From positions 17,283,028 to 17,347,027 of the forward strand of contig CM082576.2 of the NCBI GenBank assembly GCA_040954595.2: a DNA stretch of 64,000 nt. The letters run 5' to 3'. This document shows, piece by piece, positions 26,501-39,500 of this stretch. Every line of letters begins with the position of its first letter. Position 1 is the first letter of the stretch. Under the pieces are notes generated by a model. It did no database searches, was not told where the DNA came from, and saw only the letters and a program-made list of their open reading frames with translations. Source of the stretch: Balanoglossus misakiensis (lineage: Eukaryota; Animalia; Hemichordata). The position numbers and the translations under genes were made by a program.

Positions 26501-29500
26501 ACAATAGGGCCCAAGCCTGCTGGGCTTGGGCCCTAAATATAGCTGCAAGCAGCGATGACGGGCCCAAGCTTAAGCCGAAGGTCAGAGGTCATAAGTGGTC
26601 ACCCACAATTTGGGCAAGAAATTTTGACCCCATACTGGTCCGTGTCCCACAAGAACAAAATCTCTAGCCCTATTGGTTCGCCTACAATTATGTATGTGCA
26701 TAATTAATGAGGTAAAGTGTAAGGCTCCATCAGGAGTTCCATCCCTCCAAATGCCAAGGCTGTAGCTGCTGTGCATGCCGAGATATGATAAAGTAGGTCA
26801 AAGGTCACCTGAGGTCACCCAAAATTTAAGCAAGAAATTTTGACCCCATACTGGTCCATGTTCAGCAAAAATTAAACCTCTAGCCCTATTGGTTAGCCTG
26901 GAATTAGGTATGCACATAATTAATGAGATAAGCAGGTGTCACAGGTGACCCCCAATTTTGGCTTTTAAATTTTAGTCCCAACCCTCCAAACGCCAAGTCT
27001 GTACCTGCTCTGGATGCGGAGATATAGGAAAGTAGGTCAAAGGTCACCTGAGGTCACCCAAAATTTGGGCAAGAAATTTTGACCCCATACTGGTCCATGT
27101 TCAACAAAAACCAAACCTATAACCCTATTGGTTGGCCAGGAATTAGGTATGCACATAATTAATGAGATAAGCAGGTGTCACAGGTGACCCCCAATTTTGG
27201 CTTTTAAATTTTAGTCCCAACCCTCCAAACGCCAAGTCTGTACCTTCTCTGGATGCCGAGATATATGAAAATAGGTCAAAGGTCACCTGAGGTCACCCAA
27301 AATTTGGGCAATTTTTTTTACCCTATACTGGTCCATGTCCCACAAGCACAAAACCTCTAGCCCTATTAGTTAGCCCAGAATTAGGTATGCACATAATTAA
27401 TGAGTTAAGCAGGTGTTACAGGTGAGCCCAAAATTTTGCCTTTTATTTTGGTCCCATTTTGCTCACGGGCCAATAGAGAGTCACAGTACAGGACCATTGC
27501 ACAGATGTGGACATAGCATCATAGCTTAACTATAGAAAGTATAGGCCTATGGCTGGGTCCAAAAAATATGAAATATAATATTTAAAAATCTTCTTCTCAA
27601 AATTGACTTGGCCCAGAGCCTTGAAATTTAGCATGTAGGACACTGACCATATGGTCCGCAAAATGATTGCACAGAATTTTGATATCGTCATTCATATGCA
27701 AATTAGGCCCATTTGAAAACTTTGCCCATATATGGTCATCAGGTCATGTGACTAATTACACATTCACGAGGGTACTGCACGAGCTCTCATAGACCTGCAC
27801 CATTGTGCCAAGTTTGAGATTTGTAGGTTCAGCCGTTTTCAAGATCTACCTGAGCAAAAAAACTACACAAGAAAAAAAAAAAAAAAAAAAAAAAGATGAA
27901 AAACCCCAGTAATACCAATAGGGCACAAGCCTGCTTGGCTTGTGCCCTAAAAACTCCAGTAAAAACAATAGGGCCCAAGCCTGCTGGGCTTGGGCCCTAA
28001 ATACATACTTTATTACAACAAGTGGTAAAATAAGAAGTAAACAGAGTGTAAGTAGCCAAGGTTGTCAATTTACGAAGTCAACATCCTAATACATCTTGGT
28101 TAGTCAAATTGGCCTTGGAGAATGTCGAACAAAAGATAAAGTTTTGCAGGTAAAGTCACGTGAACGTGCGCGTGATCTTCCGACGTTTGGACGGGTTTAT
28201 TTTCGATAAAGTATTACGCCCCTAGTCCTTGGGTGAAATGACGAATGAAAAAAACAATACCAGTACCCTATTGTGTTGTAGAGGAAACTTTTTTTAACGT
28301 GAACCAGTATCCCTGCCGTAGCGCACATTTTCACAACCTGTGGGTTTTAGGATTGATTGCATGATTGCCGGTAATTTGAGAAACTGTCAGAACGGTATAC
28401 GTATAGCCTAAATTGTCAAGAACGTTAGGCAAACATGTCCACGACGATTGTTTTTTCTCTTATAAAGACTGTACACATGGGATTGTCTTTCTCGCATGTT
28501 TATATAGATAATACTGTCCTTCGGTCTATTTTGTAGAGATAGTTGTGTCCTTGGCTATATTTTACACATTTAGTGTCGTCTGGTTTTAGGTCATATATAA
28601 GCTTAGCGCCCCGCGATGCATATACGCGGAATACAAGAGGAAGACACTCGTCAGCCTGCATGTGCGATTCTGACAGTACATGCAGTTGAAAATTAAAGTT
28701 GTTTATAGTACTATGCGGTGCAAACAGGGCGAATCCCGTTGCTAATTCACGCAGTCTCGCTTTCTTTTATTTTGTACGTGCTAAAAGTCCGTGCTCTTTC
28801 TTGAGTGGAATTAAGAGACAGTGTATTCCGTATTGCGGGAATGGGTGGTATCGATGCTGATTTGTTGATTAAATATGGCCTTTGTGTGAATGAAAAACAT
28901 CTTCCGAATTTTGGAATGCGTGTGTCGTAAGTGAATTTCGTTTGAAGACTTCTCCCTTTTCTGTAAAGTCAATCGCAGTGTAACAACCCCCGTGCGACTG
29001 TGCTTTAGACTAAAATAGTTTACACTTGACATCGGTAGAACACAAATAAGATATAAAATGGTCTCGTTTGACGTTCAATGTCAGCATTGTCACTGTAGGT
29101 ATTTGTCAATTGATAACCACGATGTTTCTTCGTGTCAACTCCATTCAGGTAAACCGAAGGAATATGATCAATCCGATTTCTTCTGGAAATTATACACTCT
29201 CAAGGTTTTTGATGTTTGAAAATTATATCGTGAACATCTCCATAATTAGCCTACTACATATGTATTATAACTAACTTCTGGGTTCACCTGTATGGTTTTC
29301 AAAATTACCACCGATATTTCACCCCACATTAGAGTTAATCAGTCTACAACTCAGATTATCAACACTGAATAGCATTGGGGACACACCGCTTCACAACATA
29401 ACGGTAAAATTCCCTGTGGCCAATGCAGTGTGTCCGCGATGTAATCAACGTATCATGATTTATCGAGGCCGGTGTTCTAGCGCAGTCTTATCCGCCGCAG

Positions 29501-32500
29501 CGGCCGGAAAATCAAGAATGACGGGTATCTGATCGATCCTAGCCCGGAGACGCGGGCTTTACACGGGCTTTGGTCTAGGGGAAAAGGAACGCCCGGGGAC
29601 AGTCTGTACGCACCGAATTCTGTGCGCAGAACGACACGGGTGGTAAATCTTGTGTGTAAGCTAATTGGTCACTCAATGTAACAATGTGTAAACCAGATGA
29701 CATCATCGCATTCTAAATAAGGAAATAGAGGTGGAGTCACCAAGTATGTTATCATACCCAAGCTATGTTAATTATATCATCCAACCACTGGCGCCCGTCA
29801 ACATTTGATAGATCACTCGTTATCCATTCGTTACTAAGCGACCCTGATCGTTGCCAGGGCTACTATCTTTCCGCTCAGCAGGAAGTTAGTCCACTGTCCC
29901 CGGGCGTTGTATTCTAGATTCTAGATCAACGCCCGCGTCTCCGGGCTAGATCGATCCTTGTCTACCTAATCATCGAAGTTTGGCAACTTGTAAGATCGTC
30001 CGGCCGCCGGGTCTACTCGATGTGATGTCGATCGACGCAATATTTGTTAAGGCCTACTGGTTGCGAATCGCGCATGGGAGGGCTCTATTTGTTCATGATC
30101 ATATCCCGAAAACGAAAAATTAAACCATGGTCAATGCGAATACGAAAGTTACTAAAAAATACAACACGGTTACTTAAATAGCTGAAGATAAAAGACAACT
30201 CACGAAAACGAAAAAATGAAAAGAAAACACGAAATTAGGGCCACCATGGCCCTAGTATAACTTTAAGCTTACGTAAACAACAAACGAACATACTTTATTG
30301 ACATATATGAAAGATAAACAAAAAAATGAATTTTCGATAAGAGTACGTCAGACGGGACGAATTAACAGAAAAGAGTGATTTGTAAGACTGACGGGAAATG
30401 CACAGAAATTCCTCGTCTGTTCTGGAATAATTCGCGAAGGCTTGATCCCAGTTTAGAAGCAAAACCGGACCAATGGAATATTATGCCTGATCGGATGCTG
30501 GAAATATTCTATATAGCGATACCGATGTCGATTAGTCGGTATCGTGAGTTTTTAGCGTTGTGCCGTAGTCCACCGAATAAAATTCATATAGGGACCTACT
30601 GCTTTTTAATGATCGAAATTCCACAAACCTTGGAAATGAAGATAAATCAAAGAAAAGAACATTTTACAGCCGAAGAAGTCGGAAAATGGCCTTAAAAGCT
30701 TAAACGGGCAAAAGATGCTGGTATGAGCAGAATCCCAAAATGACACTACATGTACATACTATTTCAGAGTTACATCATTTATTTCAACAATGTTTTGATT
30801 CGGATACGCAGTAAGTACGTTAAGTTTATTGTTGAGCCACGGCTGATATCATAGTCGAAGTGATGTCTATCAGAAGACATAACAACTGAGGATTTCGATA
30901 GGTGGATCAATGAGACTGAGAACTTATTGATAAATTATCCGGATATTAGGCCGAGTTAGTGTAGAACTCACCTTCGAGCTGAGACTTCTTGCCGACATTA
31001 CATTCAATGAATATGACTTTACCAGCGCCGTATTTCTTGTTCAGTTCTTCAACTGTAGGCTCGCCTTTACCGACGTCAACATCAACTATTGAAACACCCT
31101 AATTAAAGGTATAGAATAATTTCGGTCAGACACGTCCACACAAAAGATTGTGGCTTCACAGGTTTCTTACATCAAGAAAGTTCGTAATTGAAGATTTTCG
31201 GCAGTAAGCTTATACACACTACATTGCAATAAACAATATTTGAATAAGTCGCGGGTATAATGAAATAAACTGAACAACAGAAATCATGATAAACAAATAA
31301 AGTATTGCTGTATATAATATATAACGGAAAATTTTCGCGACAGTAAATTTTCGTGATATCAAAAGAGGCAACTGTTAAGCGACGATTAATTTTCGCGTTC
31401 TCGTATTTCACTGCATCGTTGTCTCCGAAAAACATTTTTACGCGACTTTTTATTTTCGCGCGTGTTTTTTGGCTCTCGCGTAGTTCGCGAAAATTTCCCG
31501 TTTTACAGTAGGCTATAGGCAAGAATGATGACAGGGTCATAGTTCAGTTTCACCAAAGCTTCATCTGTCGACGTCATAACTGTAATTGTAGACGAATGTG
31601 GTGATGACCTCATGGCATTTACAATAGCCTGCCTACTTCTTCCACCGAGTCGACATAAAATCTGGGTCAAAGCAGTCGTATAGTACGCGCCGCACACAAT
31701 GAACACATTGGTTCTCATAAAAGCATTCTCTGTTCTTATGCATTCTTCCATGGGGGCACTAATTCATTGTCCGTATGATATATCGTCAGGGTAGGTAAAA
31801 TTTGGTGCACCTTGTGTACAAAGGTAAAAAAAATCTTGTCAGAAATGACCTCTTAGTCTTTACTGGGTTTCTCATTTCAACTAACACAGTTCACCAAAGT
31901 TGCGAAGCTCAGTTATTCGTAATAAATTATGTATCTTATGATGTTGAACATATAAACTAAAACACAATGTTTTGAAAATAGTTTAAATGGGTGCCCACGG
32001 GTCAAATGAAATTTCAAATATATTTTAAAATATGATAAATACATAAATAAGTATTGCCCTGTGCATGGAATAATAAAAGGGTCTTATTTCAGTTGCACCA
32101 AAACTTTATCGGTCATAAATCTTATTGTCGAAGAATGTGACCCTATGGCAATTACAACTTCACAGCCTTTCTGCCGACATTGGCAGGCACAGAAAGTGGG
32201 TCAAAGCAGACACACACAATATCACATTGATTCTCATAAGGCATTCTCTGTTCGTATGCATTCTTTCACGGTCCATATATCATCAACAGGTAAATGTTGG
32301 TGCACTTTGGCCCACTAAAGGCGCCACGTCACCAACCTCCGAGGGTGCTACTCAGAAGAATTCAAGTTAAAACTGTCTCAGAGCCGAGCCCTATGTCAAT
32401 AATACTTTGTTTAAAAATAGCACATTCACGCCAGTTGACGAAAGAATGTGACACTCTCGCCAGCAATCACTAAAATGCGCGAATTTGGGAATATACACTT

Positions 32501-34387
32501 AACAGACAACAGTTGATTCTATTGCACGGGCATATGTCTGGTTTACTGAGTATGACCTTCATCGAGGTCATACATACCGGTATATCCGAAACCTTCGAGA
32601 AATACGCCGGTATAGATTTTATCTGTACTAGAATCAAACGGCCGACAGTAGTGGGCTGTTTTAGTGAATAAGCGATGTACGTCAACTGTGTACTTTGGCC
32701 CAATGCAAATACAAGGATTTCTGCAGCCATCCTCGAGGAAACTGAGTTGCACCGGTTTTCCGCACAACCGTCTTCCCAGATTCCAGAATGCCTTTTCACC
32801 GAGTATTCCGTGAAACTGTTTCTATTTTTATGTATCTTGTTGAAGTTCATCGTATTTACCATAAAGCATAAAGGACGTCCTTGAAATGCTGTATGTCATA
32901 TGCTCTCTAAATTGGGTTAAATTGCTTTTAGGCCTATATCCACACCCATAACTGCCACTGGGTTACGTGCAGCAAAGTTGATGATGTCGTTTGGAAGTTA
33001 TGGTCGTTGATTTTCATGATTTGATCGTAATTGTCTTGATTATTAAATTAATTAATTAATCAAAATCTATCTGTATGTCAGAAAGAGAATACCAGTGACA
33101 CTTAACAAATTTAGCTGCATGTTTAAATTTTAAAATTTAGTTCTTTCATCTTTATTGTGTGTTTTCCCGAAACAAAGGTCTAATTTAATTGCCTTCGTAT
33201 CCCCGGGGACGTATCGTAGTGACCTTGTGACCATTAAAACGACCATCGTTTCCAATATAGCTGCAACATTTAGTACAATTGTATCTACTCGACTAGAGGA
33301 CAACACAACACAACAATCTAATAGACGGTCACCCAATAGGTCGAGTGACACTACAATGCAATACGGAACATCGTATCCGTTTCATATTTGTCCTTGTATG
33401 AACCTTCGCGTGTGCATATACCGGTACATACACACAGATGACAAGTAGACACGGCCTCGTGATGTGGTGTGGTCAGGCTGACTAGTCCCGATAGGACAGC
33501 GTCAACTACCAACAATAGTAGAGCCGTACAAATTTTAAAAGTCAACTTGGTGGAAAAGTTTATTCTTTGGCATTTTCTATACTTGGTTAAATCAATATCA
33601 TGTTTGAACAGATAATATGTGGCCAGACACAGGCAATCCAGTTTTGGCCTGACTAGCTGAGCCCTTTGTAATAACAGGTCTGTTAATTCCGGCGCCGGGA
33701 ACACACGCATAAAGTTGGTATATGCCTCTGAAGGCTAATATAGAAGGGGTCAAAGTTAACTCTTTTATTTTTATTTTTCGCAAATCTACCGAATTCATCT
33801 CTTTGATTCTCTTATTGCTTTATTTCAATAATTTTCACAAAGATAACGAAATCTGTCAAGTACTCTCAAAACATGGAAAAAAATTGGATTGAAATCTCTC
33901 CACGTCCGCTGGGTTCTTGGCCGCCATAACAGAGGTCAATGAGTGCTGAAATTTCCCAGCATGCTTTGCGGTGTTTTGATAATGGGAATCGCGCTCAGTC
34001 CGAAGACTGTCACTTCATGGAGCCTGTGGCCCGACAAGGTGAACAATGTCCAAAACTGCAGCTCTAAATCAGCCTATTCACAAACCAAGGTCAGTTCAGT
34101 GTCTAACACTGAATGTCATTCAGTAGAAACTAGTCATATACAACTAGCTATACTAAACTAGTTGTGCTTCACTTTGCTACATTTTATAATGTACCTGAAA
34201 GGGTAGTGAAAGGCCAGTATTAAAATGTTGGGGGTGACCAGTGCCCCGATACATGATCTTATTTTAGAAGGAAGTACCTACAATTTACCTTTGCGCCTTT
34301 TTGCAACAGTTTTTCGACAACTGCAAGTCCAATACTTTGCGCGGCAGCAGCCCCAGTGACCAGTGCGACTTTCCCCTTAATGTCCAT
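14440..34387 (-). CDS. 15-hydroxyprostaglandin dehydrogenase-like short-chain dehydrogenase/reductase, 7 exons, 261 aa
   Basis: Exons 34387-34289 ([23 protein letters not shown]), 31098-30972, 23447-23341 (..[10 protein letters not shown]), 23030-22934 (..[11 protein letters not shown]), 15794-15718 (..[16 protein letters not shown]), 15206-15055 (..[13 protein letters not shown]), 14566-14440 (..IDPV*). Total 786 nt in frame; NNAG and YxxxK motifs; HPGD-type exon layout. Confidence 0.92.
17032..22029 (-). CDS. pol: Gypsy Pol polyprotein: MYND finger, protease, RT, RNase H, integrase; predicted -1 frameshift from gag
   Basis: 1601-aa ORF with LWDTGSQVS (protease), YLDD (RT), TDAS..YTDNNPL (RNase H), H..H..C..C and IDFL..HDQG..E (integrase). 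The frame stays open upstream of ATG 21837 as far as the slippery site. Confidence 0.95.
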   Translation of the reverse strand, partial: GKREKAGPRGQGITSQDTIESHHCNHCQKDDVTSFQQCSACHAGTYCSKDCQKAHWEKHRVYCNMIQQVEAQEDRKDSQRSSVKMSFPCHLTPARQEKLMKLVGKKCLVWCNIEGEKYQALWDTGSQVSVITHGWKLKNLSDVPLRPIEELLGMSTKLNLTAMNGTDIPYSGWVEVDFQLISDGENQRQLKVPVLVSRGQPTETDYPIISYNVIEEVCRDYSTGVPGQIPNTALINVITAALPTIPEKDVKAVVNLIQDNSEDDHHYLVKVGRSGVRIPAGGTVEVKCSVHTGPITEERPVVFEPNVEHTWPDGLEVLEQFTKLSRGSSHRVTIPVHNTTKHDLVLRNRTVLGTIQMVRSFTPLEVREVEKQAEVNSLHSEMTSKPRGDENKMPAPEETWEPPVDLSSLTESQQKVVRQMLRDEAGAFAKTDTDIGCIDDLKLRIDLTDQEPVQRSYRSIPRPLYQEVKEYLEDLIDQGWITKSKSSYSSPVVCVRKKDGSLRLCIDYRELNKKTKPDRQPIPRIQDILDGLGGNTWFSVLDQGKAYHQGFMSEESKPLTAFVTPWGLYEWVRIPFGLANAPPAFQRHMEECLDGLSYVICIPYLDDILIYSKTFEEHVENIRKVLKRLQQHGIKLKPKKCDLFKRKVRYLGKIVSADGYRVDPADTAAVVALKERKPTNVGELRKLLGFLGYYRQYIKDFSRIARPLYDLMTSSTASIENTAKKKSKSVKKQKTMTGQVHSRQPITWTDDHQVIVDQLIEHLIKAPVMAYPDYSQPLILHTDASHDGLGAVLYQYQDDKLRVIGYGSRTLTPAEKNYHLHSGKLEFLALKWAVTEKFRDYLSYVPSFTVYTDNNPLTYVLTTAKLNATGHRWVAELADFNFTIKYRPGKINIDADVLSRLPLDVEKFMDECSEEYSKDVIEATVNSANAMEVGKATWLTAVTTNPTVLDENIGIFSPAVQPVQSFSTEEIRKAQQEDPAISRLMAYRNRGRRPTREERRGEPHETTVLMREWHYLVIGEDGVLRRKTTTRSQLILPMKYRQLVYKELHEEMGHLGVERVVTLARDRFYWPHMQRDIEQYITKQCVCIKQKRPNFNTRAPLTNIVTTSPFELVSIDFLHLEKSSGGYEYILVIIDHFTRFAQAYPTRNKSGKTVADKIFNDFIPRFGFPARIHHDQGGEFENHMFRRLQQLGGINASRTTPYHPQGNGSCERMNRTLLAMLRTLPEKEKSNWKDHVNKVVHAFNCTRNEATGYSPFYLLFGRTPRLPIDILFDLHPKSQPCSYQNYVDKWHKGMKEAYDLVAESAKKSAARGKVYYDQKQRSTVLLPGDRVLVRNLTERGGPGKLRSYWEQKIHVVTRRKGEDSPVYEIKPERGEGRKRVLHRNLLLPCDDLPMEAESTPAITPVTTSRNTRKRNKTPLTEPDCDPDLQDDESSSDDEDGYFYRPIIQRQWTEDRQHQRRHNQQVGAEKSSLNPLAEQFEARNTPSSPETDITPVSELIPDTELIHDTNSETAEDVSTTTPVPGDIVPENDVAAADDTSAEAADDTSAEAADDISAEENVEITEQLQPPEGLPDNAEMEAQPRRYPTRDRHPPATLTYTLPGQSEYQRINPVINAAMVAPILQTPTHPVPLWNTPYVPLQPVMYPLPATFWNNQQYMQQQRGVMC
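21990..22216 (-). pseudogene. gag: C-terminal remnant of gag with a CCHC zinc knuckle
   Basis: [14 protein letters not shown] (CX2CX4HX4C); fused directly to the truncated 5' LTR. Confidence 0.88.
23476..23541 (+). repeat. (TCTA)n/(TCTG)n microsatellite
   Basis: Direct reading. Confidence 0.95.
23921..28000. mobile_element. Tandem array of three Helentron/HINE-like non-autonomous elements with ~240-bp internal tandem repeats
   Basis: Units start ATATAGCTGCAAGCAGC..GGGCCCAAGC at 23921, 25319 and 26537. Internal repeat TGCTCTGGATGCC..GGTCAAAGGTCACCTGAGGTCA occurs about 3, 2 and 4 times. Terminal palindrome AGGGCCCAAGCCTGCTGGGCTTGGGCCCT at ~26506-26534 and ~27970-27998, with a variant at ~27920-27948. 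Confidence 0.75.
29540..29948. mobile_element. MITE with 18-bp TIR and 9-bp TSD (AcademH- or Mutator-like)
   Basis: TAGCCCGGAGACGCGGGC ... GCCCGCGTCTCCGGGCTA, flanked by GATCGATCC at 29531-29539 and 29949-29957. Confidence 0.88.
31324..31508. mobile_element. Small Tc1/mariner-like MITE
   Basis: ACGGAAAATTTTCGCGA ... TCGCGAAAATTTCCCGTTTTACAG|TA. Confidence 0.55.
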
Positions 34388-36528
34388 GGTTTCTTGCGGC
34401 AGATGTTTGATGGCAACTCTCTAAAAGGTGTTGGAGATCGAGATCTGGAACTTGTCAACCACAACGTGTAAGCTGATACTTGTACTTTGATCGATAGACA
34501 AGTATGGCACACTGATAAGGTCCGGCGCCCTCAACAGCGCCAGGGTCATTTAAGGTGACACACACAAGAGTGACCTTATTACTCATGTGAACGTGAGCGA
34601 AATTTTGTGAGATCTATAAATGGTGTAGATCAGACAAAAAGCGATTTGAATGATGATTGCTTAAATCGTTTATACATGTAAACTTATGTTGGATACGGAT
34701 ATTTTATGTCACTATATTTCAATGGAATCGAACTTGCATACAAAACAAAGTACTTAACAAACATGCTGTTGTGTTATCAATTTCACTTTAGAGTATACTT
34801 CTATGACAATTTTATGAATTTGAAGTGCCACTCTGGCACACCTAGTACCTGCAATGAGCACCGCTAAAATATGTTAACAATAGGCCTAAAGCTGGTCACT
34901 TGGCTCAAAATAACTTCAATCCTCACTATTTAGACCCAGACCAATATTGACTCTAGTCTAGCACATGCAGATCCCAAATTTGTCCAACCCACTCTGTCCC
35001 ATAATAACTGAAAACTCCCCTATGCTGCTCACTCATTGACGCACCTGTCAGATGGAATCAACAATACATATGTACTACTATACTGGGACTGTGGTCAAGT
35101 TCAGGCCTTGTGGTCACATCTGTCTCTGCTGGCTCCAAATTACACAGAAGCACTGACATGGGGATGTTTTGTGACAGCTGGGTGAGACAAAATAACCCAG
35201 CCACTCTGTTAATATTAAAGTTTACTTTTAATGAATATAAAACCTTTATACCTGGTCATCATTGCTGGGGTACAATCAGGCATTTTGACCAGCTGTAGTT
35301 AATATTTACATCATAAAACTTGCTCTGATGAAAAGGTTTCTCAAATAAAACAGTTTATAATACAAGCTTGAAGTTCTTCTGGATAAAAAGACGTAAACAG
35401 CACAAGTCAGTTAAGTTTATGGCGGGATTTCAACAAATCACTCCATCATCCAACTAGAAAAGTAACAAAGTATGTAAAGGACTCGCTAAGCTCTTTTGGG
35501 ACAAAGTATTAACCCAGAAAAAAAATTGTGTTTAAACAAATGATTCACAAATCAACAGATCAAATGATTCACTGCTCACAAACATTACCTTTTAATCTCT
35601 CGAACCAGGTGTATCAACATATAAATCTTAGGTTTATACAAATCACAATGCAAACCCACACAAAAGCCAAAAATCTGAAGATTGTCATCTCTGGTTTTGA
35701 AGCCACCATCCTTTCAGAAAAAACTGTAATGATGATTTCTCTTGTAGCTGCTGACTTTAAGGGAAGCGGCCGTCGTGCCGCATGGGTGTCCCCCCTGATG
35801 AGAATATGTTCTCCCATACCAGCGCAAACCCCACTGCAGTCGCCACGACCTACTAGGATCTTCAATTGCTGTCATGGCCCCATCTACGCTACGGTTGGCT
35901 GCTTCGTCCATTCTAAAAATCTAATTTCAGGGATTAGTGGGTGAATTCTAATGTTTATCAACAAACAAACTCGGCATGACGACCCCTTCATTTTAAAAAT
36001 GTCAAAGCGGAGAGTGCAAATCTCATTTGTTCATTGGAATGTGCACTTGGCAGGAAAGCAACTTGCTACATGGCTACCAAGATTCGTGTGTAGGATGTTG
36101 TCTGGTATACTTAGAAGACCAGTGGTAATGGTTGTAAAACCACGTTACAACAGAGCCTATTTACAGTAACTTTACTTTGGAATTTTGACATTGCAAAGCA
36201 CTATTGAACACTATTCACTATTGCTGTGGAGTTTGGCGCTATATAAATCGCTTTGATTGATTGAGTGATGTCTCATTGTCCTGTACACAGCAGATAAAAA
36301 TATAGTATTTGGTAAAATGAGTTTTAAAGTTTTAATTTTGGTACCTTGTGAAGTTTTAAAAGGCATTTTGAAAACAAAAATAAGCAGAATTGAGGGTTTC
36401 CCCATAAAAGTATTCATAAAACACTCTTTTTTGGTTTTAACAGCGAACCTCAGAAAGAAAGAAAACTTCACCAAGAAACAAGGTCACAAATACTGCACTA
36501 TTATATACTGCAATATCGACAGAGTCGG

Positions 36529-39500
36529 CTACTCAAAAGACAGCATACAAAACACTGATGTGTACGCGTGCATCAGTTCAAACTTGGGATCCATGTTGCC
36601 CACGCAATGGCCACACTTCAAACGTTCGCATCCAATTTCACCATTCCCAAAGAATCCAAAAAGTGGCGTCTTGGGAAAGACACTCTTGAATGCCATGCTC
36701 TCCACATTATGTTCATTGTAGTAGTAATGTCCTCGTCCAATGCAGGCAAACATGAAGGCGATGCTCTTGTTCTCGTTGAGGCCCACTCGTTTCAGTTTTT
36801 GAATCTCTGTCTTGGCGTGATCTGGTTTGCTTACTTTGGAATCCAGAAGGATAGATGCAGCTTTCACATTTGGACCCGAGAATCCGATACCCAAAATTCC
36901 CGTCTTCCTCTCTTCCCTACAAATGCAACAAAAAGATTGTATTGTTAGCAGCTTCAAAAATTTTAATGTAATCAGTTAAAATAATGTCTGATTACTTGCT
37001 CTAAACATGAATTTTTTTTTAAAAAGGTCCCCAGTGGTGCAACAACTTGAAATGGAACTCTTCCTTAAATATCAGAACTTGATTGACACAATTACTTCAT
37101 TCTTTTAACGTTGGGTTGGAACAAATAATATCCTTGCGTGAAAGTACAGTAACTTTGAAGTAGTTCACCACTTGGAGTTTGGTTTTTACCAATACTTTTG
37201 TGATATGGACAATAAGAACTTTGGGGGCCTGCACTCTGGTCAATCACTCAGTATATTGCTACAGCTGTACAGTCTATGCTTCATGCACTCATCACTCCCG
37301 GAGTGTGGATATGAAATATGAGGTATGACACAACCACAAAGCAACCTTTAAACCTTTAGGTCTTAAACTCATGACCCTTACCACCATTCTATATTTGATT
37401 GGCCGATTCACACTCTCTTTGGGGGAAGACACTAACTGAACCACAGAAGAGGGGGGGGGGGGGGAGGGGTTTGAGGTCAAACACTGCACGTGTTAATTAC
37501 ATTGCCCGTTAGTCCCAAGGAGACTAACTACATTTTTGTCGCAGATGTCAGGGCTCAAAATTAACATTTTACCTTGGTAGTCAGAGACTACCACATACCA
37601 CATTATGTAAATTGGTAGTCAGCCATGCAATCTTGGGTAGTCACAATTTTTTTTGTACAGACATTGTACATGTAGTAAAATATTTTTTGAAATCAAAGGA
37701 GTTAAGTGTATTTTTTTCAGCAGCATGTGTACGCCTGTCAGTAATAGTGTTGACACATGTCAGTGCAATTTTCTGCCTATTCAATAGCACAGCTGAAATG
37801 GCTGCACCTACTGGTAGTCAGTGGTGACTACCAGTTACACACTGTAGTAGTCACTAAGTAGCAACTGGTAGTCAGTTGGCAAGTGACTACTGCAATTTCA
37901 AGCCCTGGATGTCACAGTTGAATGGATTAGTCACAACAGAATACCATTATCGACTGTGTATGGTAAACCTACCTTTCCAGAGTCCTGGGGGTCACAAGGT
38001 CATTAGCATATCCTCCCGCAATGACCACTGCCTGGTTCTTTCTCCTGAAGGCATCGTCCAGATAGTTAACAACCTGTCCCATTGCTTGGAAAGCATATCT
38101 GTTGAAACCTATGAGTAGGATGCATTTCATGTCAGCATCTTCTGGAATTCCCATGGTGCTTAAAATGTTCTCCCGATGACAGCCTTGCACAAACTGCTTC
38201 TGTGAAATCTTCAGGGTATGGACGTTGACACCGTCCAACTTTGGCAGCAGAATGCAGACACAGCTTTCCTTTTGGTTTTCTGATTCCGATGTGTGTGACA
38301 GGTCTGGAGAAGTGCCTAGATTACAAAACAGATGATTGCTGGTCAGTTCTCATTACCAACATGATGAAATGATCAACAAAGACTTGCAGCTGTGAAATCA
38401 AACTAGATGTGCAAGGGGAAAATCTCTGTATAAAGTTCAAATAAAATCAGTTATGACCTTTTAGATAAAATACAAAGTACAAGATTCTATATTATTATTT
38501 TCACTATGATTTTGACACATTACAAATGTATATGGACCTTGCCCCCCAACCCCCCCCCCCCCCCAACCATCAGACAGGCATTAAATACAATATAATGGGT
38601 TCTGTCATGATTTATACATAAGGTCACTTAGATAACCCCTGTGCACCTGCATACCAAACTTAAAGGCAATTGTGCATGCAGACTCCGAGAAGATTTTTGA
38701 CCAAAACAGACAATTTCGCCCTAAAATACAATATTGCAGATTGTTATCAAAATTTGAACATCTCATTTAAATTACACTCCGGGATCTGCAGACCAAATTT
38801 CAAAGTCATTGGCCAAGTGGTTTCAGAGATTTTTTTTACCAAAGTTCTTTCAGAGAAAAAAAGACAAGTGTTGACAGACGCAATTCAATGACAGACACTC
38901 ACCCTACCTGATAAGCTCCACGTCCCTGGCAGTGGAGCTAACAACAAAATTTCAAAAGTTCCTGTTTTTGCCTAAAGTAACCTTTTAAAGGGACCAAGTC
39001 TCTCTCTCGCTGCCCCTTTTTCATTAATCATGTTTGATACAAGACATTGTTTATGTTATTCTACATGTGGATATATAGTGAATCAACGTTCGACCACATA
39101 TAACTTCCATCCCACTTGTTGACACGAGAGTGAAAAACTCACCAAAATGAATAATCGGTGTTTATCATTTATTCATTTTGGCGAGATTTTTACTCTCATA
39201 CCCTACAAACGGGTTGGAAGTTGTGTGTGGTCGAACGTTGATTCACTATGTATCCACATGTAGAATAACATAAAGTGTCTTGTATCAAACATAATTAATA
39301 AAGAATGGGCAACAAGAGAGAGGGAGACTTTGTCCCTTTAAGCATACTTACAAACAACTCCGGGTGTGTTGAAACCAATCAGATGGCAATCTGCTGGTAA
39401 AGACTGGTGCAAATTGGATTCGATGCTATTGCCGGCTGAAGCACCATTTTCAGGAAATAAGGAATCTGCATCAGGCTCCATGAATATCAAGGCTAATCTT

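Noticed and set aside
23921-28000. CRISPR-like array
   Set aside because: Eukaryotic context; repeats are long and contiguous without unique spacers.
31520-32880. Short ORFs and a diverged duplication (GCATTCTCTGTTC.TATGCATTCTT at ~31722 and ~32241) in SDR intron 1
   Set aside because: No recognisable protein motif or termini; treated as old repeat debris.
35528-35944. 138-aa ORF similar to ORF 1579-1818 as a gene family
   Set aside because: The similarity comes from a shared non-coding dispersed repeat.
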